From Raja brachyura (lineage: Eukaryota), in contig OY740808.1 in assembly GCA_963514005.1 (NCBI GenBank), forward strand, positions 18,228,001 through 18,292,000: DNA of 64,000 bases, written 5' to 3'. This document shows, one piece after another, positions 12,915 through 26,179 of the stretch. The position numbers and the translations under genes are program-made. The notes beneath the pieces were generated by a model. It made no database searches and was not told the origin of the DNA. It saw nothing but the letters and a program-made list of their open reading frames with translations. The stretch's first letter is position 1, and the number at the start of each line of letters is the position of its first letter.

Positions 12915-13045
12915 ATTCGACATGTTGAAAAATGTCCACGAGAGCCCCGAGTACCTACGAGTGGCTGTTACTATAATTCTCCGAGTTCGAATCAGGGGAA
13001 ACTCGGAAGAACTCTTGAATTACCTCGTACAGTGGGACAGGCCCT
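12915..13045. mobile_element. PIF/Harbinger-type MITE fragment (one TIR)
   Basis: Ends in AGTGGGACAGGCCCT|TTA; shares AAAAATGTCCACGAG with the element at 62306-62811. Confidence 0.65.
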
Positions 13046-13106
13046 TTAGGGTGGGGAGTGCAGTGGAGAGCTGGAGTTGAGCATAATAATGACAGCAGGA
13101 GCAGCG

Positions 13107-13163
13107 GCCTGGTATGGCACAGCATGCCTGGTATGGCACAGCATGGTGGTACGGCACCCAGCG
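13107..13163 (+). repeat. 19-bp tandem repeat (two exact copies plus one degenerate)
   Basis: GCCTGGTATGGCACAGCAT x2, then GGTGGTACGGCACCCAGCG. Confidence 0.85.
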
Positions 13164-14107
13164 GCAGGGGAACAATTAATCAACGTAACTGCTTCCGGAG
13201 TCTCATATCCCCACAAAGGAAAATAAACATTTGCCGTTCATTATTTTATATTCTATAATAGAAGTGGAAATAGCGCAATTGTTCCTGGATAGCAGGTCGG
13301 GGGAAGGATTGTGTTTGTAGGTTATGGATGCTCCTTGCCCAGTCTTAACTTGTGTCTTAACAGAGAACAGTACAGCACAGGAACTGGCCCTTCGGCCCAC
13401 GATGTCTGTGCTGACGTGATGCCAAGTGAAACTATTCTCATCTGCTTGTGCCGTGCGGAGTAATGCTGTACATTTGCACCAGCAGACAACCTTCATGCTC
13501 CTGTTCCACAAGCTATTGATGCTCCGGACTTGTGTTCCAGGGGCCCTGTGCAGTAGCACTGTTGAAGCAGAACTCACCCTCGTGCCATGACTGCCGCTTA
13601 GATCATTAGAATTCTCCTAACACCCCACACACTTGTAGCTTTAGAATATAATCATGTTTGGCACAGAACATCATCTGTGCTAATCATTCCCTATACTCTG
13701 CTCAACTCTTATTCTGAAATGAGAAAGGACAAAGGCCAGAACACATGCTGTCACTTTTCATTAGGTGGTAACAGAGGGGAATTAAACACTATTGTCTTTA
13801 CAAAGTGTCAATGCAAGCCTAATGCTCCACAGTTTAAATAATGATGCATCTCATGAAAGAAGAAAGGCCAAGCTGAGGATAGATGTTGTGAGCTGCTTCG
13901 AGAACCAGTCGAAGGAAGCTGTCAGTGTTGATGGTTTTAACTTTTGTGTTTCACAATGTATTACGTTTCAAAGCAAGATTTCATTTGCATAATGTGAACA
14001 CTTTTTGCTTTTGTTTTTACATTTCATCTTTTTACAGTTGCTTAAAACTAGAAGCCTTTCCCCAGGCTGCCTCAAAATGTTCTTTACTTAGTTTTTTAGA
14101 GCTATAA

Positions 14108-14370
14108 CGTGAAAACAGGCCCTTTGGCCCACCGAGTCCATGCTGACTGTCGATCACCTGTTCACACTAGTTCTACACATGGGCAATTTACAGAGGGCCA
14201 ATTAACCTGTAAACTCGCACGTCTTTGGATGTGGGAGAATCCCGGAGCACCTGGAGGAAACCCACGCCATCACAGGGAGAACATGCAAACTCCACACAGA
14301 CAACAACCGAGGTCAGGTATGAACTTGGGTCTCTGGCGCTGTGAGGCAGTAGTTCTGCGCCACTGTGCCG
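14108..14370 (-). mobile_element. HE1-type V-SINE
   Basis: Reverse complement of the head, core and tail seen at 7243. Confidence 0.85.
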
Positions 14371-15669
14371 ACTGGAATCAAGTCAAGCACTGGGGATGAT
14401 GTGGAGGTTGGCTGATGTTCGGTCAGTGGTGTTGCAAGAGTCCATTTACTCTCGATGGCAGAGATCTGTCCTCTTCGGAAGCGAGCTACGCTTTCTTGTT
14501 GCAATGCTCTTGCACCGTTGCACACTAATGTAGTGGCCGAGATCCTGCTGGAGCATCTTAGCTGGACTCTCCCCCGTAACCTTTGACCTCGGAGATTGGC
14601 AGACACCAGCTGTCACACAAGGTCAGAGAAGGGAAGGGAAATTGAAGGGAAGAGCAACTGAGGTGAACTGGAGTCAGCCGGTTACATCGAGAGAAACAGA
14701 ATGGAACAGAAAGATTAAGCGAGAAAGAACAAAGAGATACATAGGAAAAGTGAAAATGGAAATTGAAATTAAGAGAATGTCTGTGATTGCATCAAATAGA
14801 TTATATATCTCAATATTGAATAGATACTCACATTGTAAATACCAGCCCTAATATTGAGCAACAATTTAAGTGGGCATGTGGCGAGCAAAGGTGTTAAACT
14901 CTTGAAAGCCAGTTGAGTGCACGCACGTTGCTGCTTTAATAAGGATGGCGTGCATCATCCGGCGTTGTGTGGTTTTTACAATTCACATGGCATCTCTTCC
15001 TCTCCACTGGTCATTACATGTTTGATTCATTTACCATGATAGGCACCATTAAACTCATCGGTTTACCTTTGCATATATCACCAGCATGAACGGCAAATTG
15101 AGTTTCTCATTGAAATTCTGGCACTTATTTTGCTGAAAGGTATTCGGTCACTGAAATGCCCACCCAGTGTTGCTCAGTGAGCCTTGAAGAGTGTCTTGTC
15201 ATCAGCCGTTTGCCATCCAATCTGCTTTTCATGTTCCTTTCTGGTTTGAAAACTATCCCATTAAAAATAATTTTCAGCACAATGAGTACAAAAACTGCAT
15301 TGAAAGACTCTCCACGCCAGACATGTGATGATATCTGCTCTGCATGAGCATCTGACGTTGATGGTGGGTGTCTCAGTTTAGTTTATCGTCACGTGTAGCG
15401 AGGTACAGCGCAAGGCTTCATGTGGTTCCCCGGCACGCTGTCTGAACCCAGTCGAGTGCCTGTGCTGAGCTGCCACTCCAGAAGGTTGCAACACACACTA
15501 ATTCAGCCTCGCTAGGGTTGCTTTGCTTTGGAGGTGTCTCCTTCAACAGAGTGCAAGTGATGAAAGGAGCCTTTCAGAAAGGGAGAAGAGACAAGGGTTA
15601 GGATGTTACTGTGAGATGGGACGTTTGTGGAATGATTGCCTGATTAATGCTTCCTTCAAGTGATGATGC

Positions 15670-15760
15670 ACAGAAGACAAAGTGCTGGAGCAACTCAGTG
15701 GGTCAGGCAGCAACTCTGGAGGACATGGGGAGGTGGCGTTGCAGGTCGGGATCCTTGTTT
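15670..15760 (-). mobile_element. Penelope-like terminal unit
   Basis: AAAGTGCTGGAGCAACTCAGTGGGTCAGGCAGCAACTCTGGAG...GGTCGGGATCCTT. Confidence 0.7.
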
Positions 15761-15774
15761 GAGGGGGTGATACA

Positions 15775-16066
15775 CAGGGCCGCATTAAGACCCATAGAGG
15801 CCCTAAGCACTTAAAAGATTTTGGTGCCCCCATATATATGTAATTCAAAATATAAGCAATAATAAACCATAAAATAATGGTGTCACTATGACACCATGAT
15901 CACTTCGAAATTATATTTCCGATCATATAAACCACTTTGAATATTATTTTAGCAAGTTTAAAGTGATTTATTTTGTGCCATAAAACATTTACCATTTCTG
16001 TGGTGCCCCCCTTCCCTTGATGCCCTAAGCATGTGCTTATTTTGCTTAATGGTTGATCCAGCCCTG
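15775..16066. mobile_element. Non-autonomous hAT element (292 bp)
   Basis: Imperfect TIRs CAGGGCCGCATTAA / TTGATCCAGCCCTG; 8-bp TSD GTGATACA (15767-15774) / GTGATGCA (16067-16074); internal repeated GCCCTAAGCA and GGTGCCCCC. Confidence 0.85.
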
Positions 16067-18279
16067 GTGATGCAAATCACCAGTAGTTGCAAGTCATACG
16101 CGGGTCCCATAAACACGGAGCTGACCTGACCCGAGGCGTGAGCTAGACTACTGATCTCCAAACTTTCGTATTGCAGAATTTGGAGGAGGGCAGGGGATGG
16201 ACTGTAAATTGAAGATATGTCTAATTGAGTCATCTCCACCTCATCCTGAGGTGACATCAATAGTCTGTTCACCTACGTAAATCAACAACACAAGTTTTGA
16301 CATTTTAATCCTTTTTTTCACATTCTTGTAGGGCTTGATAACTTTCCCAATATCTGTAAACTCATTATGCTACAGTCTGTAAAATCACAACAGATCTACT
16401 TTCTAAGCTCTTCCATGTACCTTGGTTGATGCGTTCCACCATTGGCATTCAGCTGTCAAACTCCTGGTTTTCCATAATTTCCTGTTCACTCCTTTCTCCA
16501 TTTAGATCCTCCTTAAACTGTGCCTTTCGGACAGAGCTTTTGATATCTGTCATAATACCTCTTATTTCTCTATGTCAGAATGCTCTTGTAACGTTTTTGT
16601 TTTTACTAAAGATGCTGTATAAACAAAGATTGGTGTTGTGGATAGACGTGGGAATGACCATGGAAAAGTGACAGCCCCCACACTGGGGCACAGATACAAC
16701 ACACCGAGTAACATCACGGTGTTCAACAAACACCACTTCCTCTCCGCTGAGCAGGAAAACCGAGGAAAGAGACAAAAGGGGGCAGAATCGCAAAAGCTGT
16801 CCCAGTCTGCTTTGTGTGCCTCGTTGATCTGTCCAAGTTTCTATTACCTGGCGTGAATGGAGTGCCCTGCCTCTGTGATAACACGCAGTTTTTCCCATCT
16901 TAAAAACAATGAAGTATTTTGTTCATTCTCTATGGCCTGAACTTGTAGCATGGCTATAGTATGTCAGTCAGTCCGATCTGATAATCCCTTGTAAAGTTCC
17001 AGCTATTCATTTTATCTGTGACTCCTTTAAAGGAATAAAAGTGATATTTCATTCTTGACATGAAAAATTCATCGAATGTGGCAGTGTAGATCCATCTTTA
17101 CTTAAAAGCCCTGATGGCCAGACATCAGGAGGAGCTCAGAGCTTAATATCTAATTAAACATCACAAGCGGCAGATTAGGATGATTCACGCCTGACATTTA
17201 TCACGGCATCGTTGTTTCGTTGCTGTTGCATGTTTCAGCGGATCACTGAAGGGTCAGAGTCTAATTTACACTACAGCATTTGTAAATCTTAGGTAATGTC
17301 ACCTTTGGTTATCAATGAAACTCCAGCCAAATTAAATTATTTTTTTCACGCAGACAGATACACTCTCCAATTTTGAACTCCGGGACATTGCTGTGCTGGA
17401 ATTTAAAATCATCCCATGGGCTAAAACCTTGTCCAGAGTCGAACATCCATTAATGCAGTGATCCCTCACTGCTCCCTGTCACAACTGCGTAGCTGAGCCG
17501 TGGAATAGGTTTAAACTCGTACCTTCTGATGTGAAACTAAGATCCAGTTCGGTGAGCGATGCTGGCTTGCTTGCACATTGGATGCAGATTGCTCATTTCT
17601 TTGTATTTCTAATTAATTAAATAAATGGTATGATAATGATGGTAGATATTAAAACCACAAACCATCTATCACTGATCTCACTCGCTTGGACACTCTCACT
17701 GGTAAATTAATTGAGCCCATTCTTGGGACTTGAATTGTACATTTCTGCTCTGCCTTAATTAAAGATTTATTTTGGAGTCCAGTTGAAATGTAATTCCCAG
17801 AATTGTAAATGGATTTTGCAGATTCGTGTGAATGCATTATCATTTAATTTCCTAGCATTGTTTCATAAATAGGAAATCTAGTGGGGAATTTTTCTAACGA
17901 AAACTTGCAATTTTATACTCAACCTTCCAGTTGCTTTTAATATTGTTCCAAAATGCACTTAGTTTGCTGTTTAAAACAATGCCACCATTCACAGCACGAA
18001 CATCCCCACAGAGTAACGTGGCTTTTACATTTCACATGTTGGCTCTCTTATTGAATTATGGGGCCCGTTGTTTTAAGATCAGTAACTGGTTTCAAAAATA
18101 ATATATTGTGCATAAAAGCTGTGAGATCTTTGTTTTACCCATGTTGTGGATTAAAGAGCATTTTCTGTGGAGAGGAGTGAGTGCTCTGTGAGGCATTGTG
18201 GAAAATATTAAAGGCCCTTTGTGCCTTCACAACCACTAAAATTTCAGCAAACATTGTTAATGCCGACAAGATTGACTAC

Positions 18280-18640
18280 CGGTGCTGGAATCGAGAACAT
18301 AAACGCAACAGTGGAAGAACTCAGCTGCCGAGGCAGCATCTGTAGAGGCAGAATGTAGAGTCTGACGGTTCGGGTTGAGACCCTGCATCCAGACTGAGAG
18401 GGGGCAGGATCGGTCACCAGGGGTAGGGGATGGGGCAAGTGGTAGATAATAGATGGAGCCGGATGGGAAAGGTATGATGGGCAAATGCAAGCAGGTCAGG
18501 TTGGGAATTTGGGACCAAGGCTGGGAGGTGATAGGTGGAGGCAGACAGAGAGGAGGGTGGGCAGATGGACTCAGGGGGTGGGGAATGGGGTGGCAGGCTT
18601 GAGCAGAAGAGGAAGAGATCTGGTTGGAAGTGTAGATCAC
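18280..18640 (-). mobile_element. Longer degenerate Penelope-like 3' region
   Basis: Reverse strand: pyrimidine-rich leader, then CAGTCTGGATGCAGGGTCTCAACCCGAACCGTCAGACT and downstream consensus. Confidence 0.65.
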
Positions 18641-18769
18641 TGACTGCTGCGGAGCACCGACTATTTCCATCTGCATGTTATTTTAACTCCTTCCAACTCC
18701 CAACTCCCACACCAGCACGTCTGTCCTCGATCGTCTACATCACTCTGCAAGAGCCACACACAGATTCAA

Positions 18770-19035
18770 CACTATGGCGGAGCTGGTAGACCTGTCACTC
18801 TCAGCCCAGAGACTCGGGTTCGATCCTGACTTCCGGTGCTGTCTGTGCGGAGTTTTCCCGTTCTCCCTGCTAGATCAAGGAGAGCTGCTGCCTCATAGCT
18901 CAGCCTTGTGCTTGATCTGGAACCCTGTTGTGGAGTTTGCATGTTCTCCTTGTATTCCTGTGCTCCAGCTTGTTTACACATCTCAAAGACATGTGGGTTG
19001 GTGGGTAAATGGGCCATGTTAATTGCCCCTCATGT
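18770..19035 (+). mobile_element. Degenerate, rearranged HE1-type SINE
   Basis: CCAGAGACTCGGGTTCGATCCTGAC B box; two GGAGTTT...GTTCTCC core segments. Confidence 0.65.
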
Positions 19036-21599
19036 GGAAATGAATGATGTAAACCATGGAGAGATGATGGAAAAACTGAAAAGTGTGGAGATTATACGGA
19101 AAATCAGTGGGAGCGTGTGGAGACGAAACTGCAGATGCCGGCATCTCGAACAACTTGAGAATAGTCCTGATCGGAAATGTCACTTATCCATTGCGTTGAC
19201 AGATGATGCCCGACTCGCTGAGTTCCTCCAGCACTTTGTGTTTTGCTCACAGTGGCCTCCTCTTATGCAGTCAGGTAACATGCAAATGTCACTGAGGCAA
19301 AATGACTCGTCTTGGGAGAGTTCTAAAGAGGAGGCCCATGGCAACTGAAGGACTGTTTTCCACATGATGGTCGCCAAGCATTGGGTTGAAGTTGGAAGAG
19401 CAGATGTTATGTGAGAAGAGACTGCATTACTCAAGTGGGCTGGGACGGTGTGTGAGATTGGACCTTGATGTGTGTGCAGTGGGAATATGGTGTCATGAGG
19501 AAAGCAGCGGGCAAGGGGCATACAGAGTGTGGGACTGTGATATCATGAGCTGTACAGTAAGTGGAGCGTGACGTTGAGAGGAGGAGATGAGGAAGCAGCT
19601 CACGGCCGAGGCAGGGGTGGGCAGTGCCAACAGCAGAGGGATGTCGCCAGCAATGGCTGGCTCGGACTCTGAAGGACATCTGAGGGTGAGAACCAAACCC
19701 TGAGGTTTCAGAGCCTGCTTCAGTCCAGCAACGTGGAAGGTTGACCGAGCTGGAGCCAGAAATGTGGATGCTGGCAGAAACGGAAAGGAATTGCTTTTGA
19801 TTTTTGTCAACACTGAGCATAATAAAACTTTTGGCTCTTTCAGTTTCCACTACACTGAATGTTAGCGACCCGAGATATTTCCATTGAATGTGAGCACAAT
19901 GGGCTTAAAGCATCGGCATAACATTCCTGCTGCAAACGTAACATGTGCTCCAAAATTAGTTTAATGCTGAGCACATTAAATATAGTGAGCTGCTGCCAAA
20001 TGTCATGAAGCACATTTTCAAAGCTTTATAGTTATAATGTAATAAAACAAATATCTCCGAGAATTGTGGTGATTTTGTAAAGATGGAATTGCTGAATGTG
20101 CAATTTATTAGTCTATACTGTATGCGAAGAGATGAATGCTTCCTTTTTATCTGCAGTTTACAGAACACTGATCCTGTCAGTAGTTGCAAATGAGGTTTGT
20201 TTTTTTTTAGCATTGAGCAATTTTTTATTCATTAGGGCATTTCAATTAATTTGCTTCAAGTATGCAGCCTGCCTAACGTCATTGTGACTTCGGAACTTGC
20301 CGCCGAAGCCGGTATATGCCCTGTTCTCAGTGTGGGTAACAGAATAAGTGTGGAACAGTCAGATGCTCCAAATGAACAGGAGCCAGAACGGATGTTGTGT
20401 AGTGTTTAATACAGCGCTCCACAACTGGTATGTGCTTACGCATCACTCCAGAAATTGACCAGGGCGCTTCTTGGCATGAGGTGCGTGTGAAACAATGTCC
20501 ATGTGATCCTGGGGCTTTCCCCAGGCAACCCTTCTGCCGCAGTGCCTGTGGATGAGTCCGTGATGTCCTGTGGGCACTGCACACTGGATAATCCCACACT
20601 CACCTTTTATCCACCGCATGACCTGGTAGCCCTTAGCCCATGGTCCTGGACCTGAACCTGATCCATCAATCTTTGCCCACTCATCTATTTCCTCACCTGC
20701 TTATTCTTCCCACCTCCTCAGTCCAAGCATGGCCCTCACTGGAGACCTCCACTCGTACACTCTCCCCAGCCGCTCACCTGAAAGGCATTCTGATCCTGAG
20801 GTGACCCCCAGTCCTCTCCCACCCGACCTCCCAGTGTGTGCAGAAACATCCATTTCCATGGCCTGAATGACCAATTCTGTGCGTTGAACACAAGATCGAT
20901 TCCCCCATGAGGAAGTGATGAGGAAGTGCTGGGCTGTTAAACGTCAGAGATGGGCTGTGTCCCAGTGAAACCTCTGCCTCTCAGTGAGATGTTAAATTTA
21001 GATGCTGCTTGTGCTGATGTACTGGTGTAAAGAACCACACCACACGTCCCACTGGCAGGGCAATGATCAGTTTCCCCTTGTTTAATTGTATCCTGCCCTC
21101 TATCCATTCCCCCAAGTGAAGCTGGTTTAGAGCAATGTCAGTGAGAGATCTGAAGTTGCAAAGTCTTAACTTACTGATGACATTCAACTGAATGCACTCA
21201 ACAGTCCTTGGCACATTATCTTGTAATGCCCCCTTACACCCTGACTGCCTCTCTGCATTCTGTGTTTATAACTCAAAATGTATTAAATCGCCACACTGGT
21301 GTAAATATTAATTGAATTGCCATGTTGTTCGTATTCACAATGTTAAAATGCTTGATACCGAAACTCTCCCCAATCTGTGCCAGTGGGAAACGTCACAAGA
21401 AGAATCCTGCTTCTTCACTGAAATTTCTAGTGTATTAGCCTTTCTTAAAACAGATTCCAAAAATGGGAAAGCGGATTTTAAAAAGCAGATACTGCGAGTG
21501 GCATCCTATCTACCAATCCCAAAGCATTATTAACATTTTCCCAATCTTACATTGCTGTGTGAGCAGAGAGAGGTGAGAATGAAGCAACAGGAACCATCG

Positions 21600-21795
21600 T
21601 AGGCACAAAAAGCTGGAGTAATTCAACGGGTCAGGCAGCATCTCGGAGAAAAGGAATAGGAGACTGAAGAGGGGTCTCAACCCGAAACGAAATGTCACCT
21701 ATTCCTTTTCTCCAAAGATGCTGTCTGACCCACTGAGCTTTTTGTGTCTACCTTTGGTTTAAACCAGCATCTACCTAGGTAGTTCCTTCCTACAC
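21600..21795. mobile_element. Fold-back Penelope-like unit with central hammerhead motif
   Basis: Antisense arm CACAAAAAGCTGGAG...AAGGAATAGG, centre CTGAAGAGGGGTCTCAACCCGAAACG, sense arm CCTATTCCTTTTCTCC...CCTTCCTACAC. Confidence 0.8.
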
Positions 21796-23363
21796 AACAG
21801 GTGTGGACATGGTTGTGGAGCAAACCTTGTGTGACCTTTTGTATAAAGGTCACACAAGGAACACACAGAACATGTTGCTGAGTAAGACCACTGGAAAGAA
21901 AAAAAGAGTCACACTGAAAGCTTGTGATGCAATTATGCAGGGATATTTTTACAGGTTTATAATTCTGTTAAAATATTCAAGAGCTTGCATATGAGTACAT
22001 TGGTATTCAGTTCCACATCCCACAGCACAATACTTGGTATCTGGAACAGTGACCACAAGAAACATATTGATTGGCCAGGTAACAGTCTGTACAAAGTAGG
22101 AGATGCTATGCACACTGGCGGGTTCAAAGGTCCCATGCGATTAGAACTTGAATATTCCTTCAGGTTCAGCTTTGACGTCCTTTGTTATTTTGCCATCAGT
22201 GATGTCCTTGAATGGCATCAAATCTCATCCCGACAATGAATTGTCCAAAGTGGTATTGCTCCATTTTATAACAGGACGTTGCTGGTGAATGGACAGAAGT
22301 AATCCAATTGCACGAAGAGCCTGCCTCATGATTCACATTCGCATCTGGACCCCTCAATTAGATTTACTGAGCTGTAATTCACCGAGCTGCATTCCTGCCT
22401 CAATTACAATCATTTTAAAATGTTTCTTCGATTTGCCTTGCTCCTTTTGTTTAATGGGTCTGCTGAAGTCAGCATTGGAAAGGAGGAGACGGTGATGGGC
22501 GGGACTTGGACTGTTGCACGGAGATACCCCACAGTGGGCAGCTACCCCAGCCAGCTACTAGCAGGTTCTCAACACTGCAAACACTAACTAAACTGTGAGC
22601 TGTGAGCTGCCTCATTGCACAAAGGACTTCGGGCTCTTTGCATTAATATGGGGTTTTTACTTTATTTGATTTTTTATTTAAAGATGTTATCTATGAGTTC
22701 TATGTTTACAGACCTGTATACTGCTGCGAGTAAAAATGTTATGCGGTTGTGGGTTCATACGACAATTAGTCACTTGCCCCATTTATGACCCTTGACGCTT
22801 GAGCCAGGGTGCCTGGCCATTTGAGGTTTACAACTGCCTCTGGTAATCCAACTAGATAGTTAAAGAATCCTATTACCATTTCCATGGATGTAATGGTAAT
22901 TTGGAAATCTGTGATTGAATATGGGACTATATGTTCAGTTTATAATCCACATTTACTGTAAATAAAGCTCAGTTGTGAGAGAAAGGGCTATTTAGTACCA
23001 CAATGCGATTAACTATAATCCTGTATTAACCTATTTGATCAAAGCGTGGTACAAAGAGAAGCTTTGTAATTAGGGCTAAGAACCTGCAGCCCTGCCATAA
23101 TCCTCAGGGTATGACTGCCCTACACACACATACACAGATGGGGGAATCTTTGTCAATGGTGACTGCTTTGGGCATTTACCTTATCTCGTTGGGTCATTCT
23201 GCAGTCCTTTGAAGCCCACAGCGGTACAATTCCCTAATTAGTGTTAGGGCATCGGTAATCCTCAGCCCTTTCCTGCCAGTGTTTCCTCGATCAGTTTTTC
23301 CTTACATCCTGATGATGTACGTTAAATGTAGGCTTCAGTCTGGAGGTTTTTCTCTGCATGAAT

Positions 23364-23812
23364 TAGACGATAGACAATAGGTGCAGGAGTAGGCCATTCG
23401 GTCCTTCGAGCCAGCATCGCCATTCAATGTGATCATGGCTGATCATCCCCAATCAGTACCCCGTTTCTGCCTTCTCCCCATATCCCCTGACTCCGCTATA
23501 TTTAAGAGCCCTATCTAGCTCTCTCATGACAGCATCCAGAGAACCTGCCTCCACCGCCCTCTGAGGCAGATAATTCTACAGACTCGCAACTCTGTGTGAG
23601 AAAAAGTGTTTCCTCGTCTCCGTTCTAAATGGCTTACTACTTATTCTTAAACTGTGGCCCCTGGTTCTGGACTCCCCCAACAGCGGGAACATGTTTCCTG
23701 CCTCTAGCGTGTCCAAACCTTTAACAATCTTATATGTTTCAATAAGATCCCCTCTCATCCCTCTAAACTCCAGAGTGTACAAGCCCAGCTGCTTCATTCT
23801 CTCAGCATATGG
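23364..23812 (-). mobile_element. CR1-type LINE 3' end (ORF2 C-terminus plus tail)
   Basis: ORF 23576-23833: LGLYTLEFRGMRGDLIETYKI...RTRGHSLRI, homologous to ORF 56429-56923; a Penelope-like unit abuts it at 23851-23910. Confidence 0.9.
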
Positions 23813-24234
23813 ATCCCCCACCCCCCCCCACAAAATGCGTTTTGGCTTTTCGTCACCTATTCCTTCTCTCCAGAGATGCTGCCTGTCCCGCTGAGTTACT
23901 CCAGCATTTTGAAATGTTTATGAAATTATTCTCTGTGTGTTGCACGATGCACGGGAATCCTTCGCAGCAAATGAAGCATACATTTGAGCCTGGTTTACAC
24001 GTTATATTGATGTTTAATGTCGGGCCACACGACCTAGTTCTGTGTTATGGATTCTATCTAATTCAATTTGCGCAAAGATTACAGGAGAGATCTATGTGCC
24101 ATTAACCTGACCGCCGAATGCCTATTCAAGATGCTAAACAAATTCACCCTGACTCCCACAGCACAGCTTTGGCTGCTCTCAAACACTTGGCTGCAGGTGA
24201 TATTCCGTTTACTCTATCTCCACCATATGCTTAC

Positions 24235-24405
24235 AGCAGGTTGGAGGGAGATGGTGATGAGGCTGGGAGAGGCAGCATTGCTCGCCATATGTGTGCCGTG
24301 GAACAACGCACAGCCTCTGCTGCCGTCGCTGGGCTCTCTGCAAATCTTCAGCCCTGGCCCCGCGTTTAAAGATGAGAAATGATCCACTATCGACCACCCT
24401 TTCAT
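24235..24405 (-). CDS. Candidate first coding exon of a - strand gene (57 codons), unidentified
   Basis: GCCGCGATGA start context; open frame MKGWSIVDHF...MASNAASPSLITISLQPA ending at GCT|GTAAGC donor; CpG-enriched, repeat-free surroundings. Confidence 0.4.
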
Positions 24406-24539
24406 CGCGGCCACGCTGATTTATTTATTCTCGCCTCTCACGGGCCGCTGTGTGCATTCGGCTCCATACAGCATGTTCTGTATTTGAGCGCAATTTGAAA
24501 CGTGCAAGAGATGCAGCTCAGAGCAGCTGAATTGTGAAG

Positions 24540-24730
24540 CGAGCACCTGATGTCTCACACTTCACCCGAAACTCGTCCTCCCTCCCTCCCTCGCTCGCTC
24601 GCTGTGTGTGTGTTAGAGGCGGAGGTTCACCAGGGCTCTCAGCCGGGGTAACCCACACTGAGGAAACCCCCGTGGGGTGCCTTTTAATTTCTTCCTCCCA
24701 CCCCCACCCCCCCCCCCCCCCCCCTTGTGA
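24540..24730 (-). promoter_or_regulatory. Putative promoter/5' UTR region of the - strand gene
   Basis: (CTCC)n(CTCG)n(TG)n tract, GAGGCGGAG GC-box-like motif and poly-C run just upstream of the candidate exon; local CpG enrichment. Confidence 0.4.
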
Positions 24731-26179
24731 GAAATGAATAATCAGTGGGAAAGTGGCAGAGGTCGGGGGAGAGCAATTGGCAAATGACGAGGGGCATGGA
24801 ACATCACAATGGGCGAGTTAGAGTCGAGGGGCAAAATTACAGGAAGTGATTTACACTCTAACGTTAAAATATACCACAGGGATATACGAAGAATATACCG
24901 GAATATCATTCTAAGCTGGCATTCCAGAGTGTTCTCTAATAGGACACGTGTAATAGATTTTTTGATGGATTGATTCCATCTGCTGATATTCTCGTAGCAT
25001 CTCCAATCCTTTCTCAGACCAGTCATCACGGTCCATGGATGGCCATTCGACGGGCTGTGCACAGACTGGATGGATATATGGTCTCTCTCTGCTCTGGCTG
25101 AAATGGTCAGGTTCAGGCCATGAGTCAAAATGCAAGTAAAGTTCACATTTGAAGCCAAGTCATTCACCCTTTGCTTCGACCAGGCGAGATACAAGCATGC
25201 GTACAATATAATCTGAACACTCAATTAATATCTTGTCTCCAAAATCCCGGTAATAAAATACTCTCCCGGTGTGTACATGGAGGATTAATCAGGGTCGGCA
25301 GGAAAATATAATTTCCATGAGCAAAGGTGATCGCTCGGTGTGGTAATTGCATATGCATTACTCCATTAGTGGAAAAGGTACATTACACCAGTGTCTGAGG
25401 CAAGCTGTTTCTAACACCTGATTAATTTACAACTACGCTGGAGCAGTATTTCTGTAGCCCAACTGTTGAAATTGTAGCTTCTGTTGTTCTGATATTAGTC
25501 TGGATATTTTTATTGCCTCTCTAGAGGCAACTGTATAGGTCAGTTACGGATTCAGAATCCTGTAAACTAAAACTACAAGGAAGAGCCTGCACATGTCTGT
25601 TTGTGGGTTAAGCATTATAATTATAAACTATAATGGAAAACTGGCATTCCTGGGTTGGTATTCACATATATTCCAGGGCTTCATGTAATCTCAGCAATTA
25701 TTCTGCGAAAGATGGTTGATTTTTTCATGTTGCTATTCATTAGTGGGCTCAGATTTTTGAAAATAACCCCTTTGACAATCCTCTTTTGTATCTGCACAAC
25801 CTACAATCTATCACTTGTGAATTTGTTTTTTCCAAATGAGAGTTTATATTCATCTCGGTGAATGTTATGTTGAGGTTTTAAAACTATTTTTCATTAATGG
25901 ACATCTGGAAAACGAGTGTTTTTTGTTTTGCTGCAGTGTGGTGAATACGACAATCTACAGACCACAGAACCATTACTCATGCAAGTTGTTTTCAAAATAA
26001 ATATCCCAATGACTTTGTTTTTAGGTTGATATTGTTTTGGGGCCATGCCCTTTGACTGGCACAGGCAGCCTATCGTGCCAGGTTTTATTGCCAAGGGGAT
26101 TCCAGAAGGCGGCGAGTTATTTGTGAAAACTGACCGAGGAAAGGATTGAATCGGTGAAAGTTCTTTTTTTTCTTCGTAG

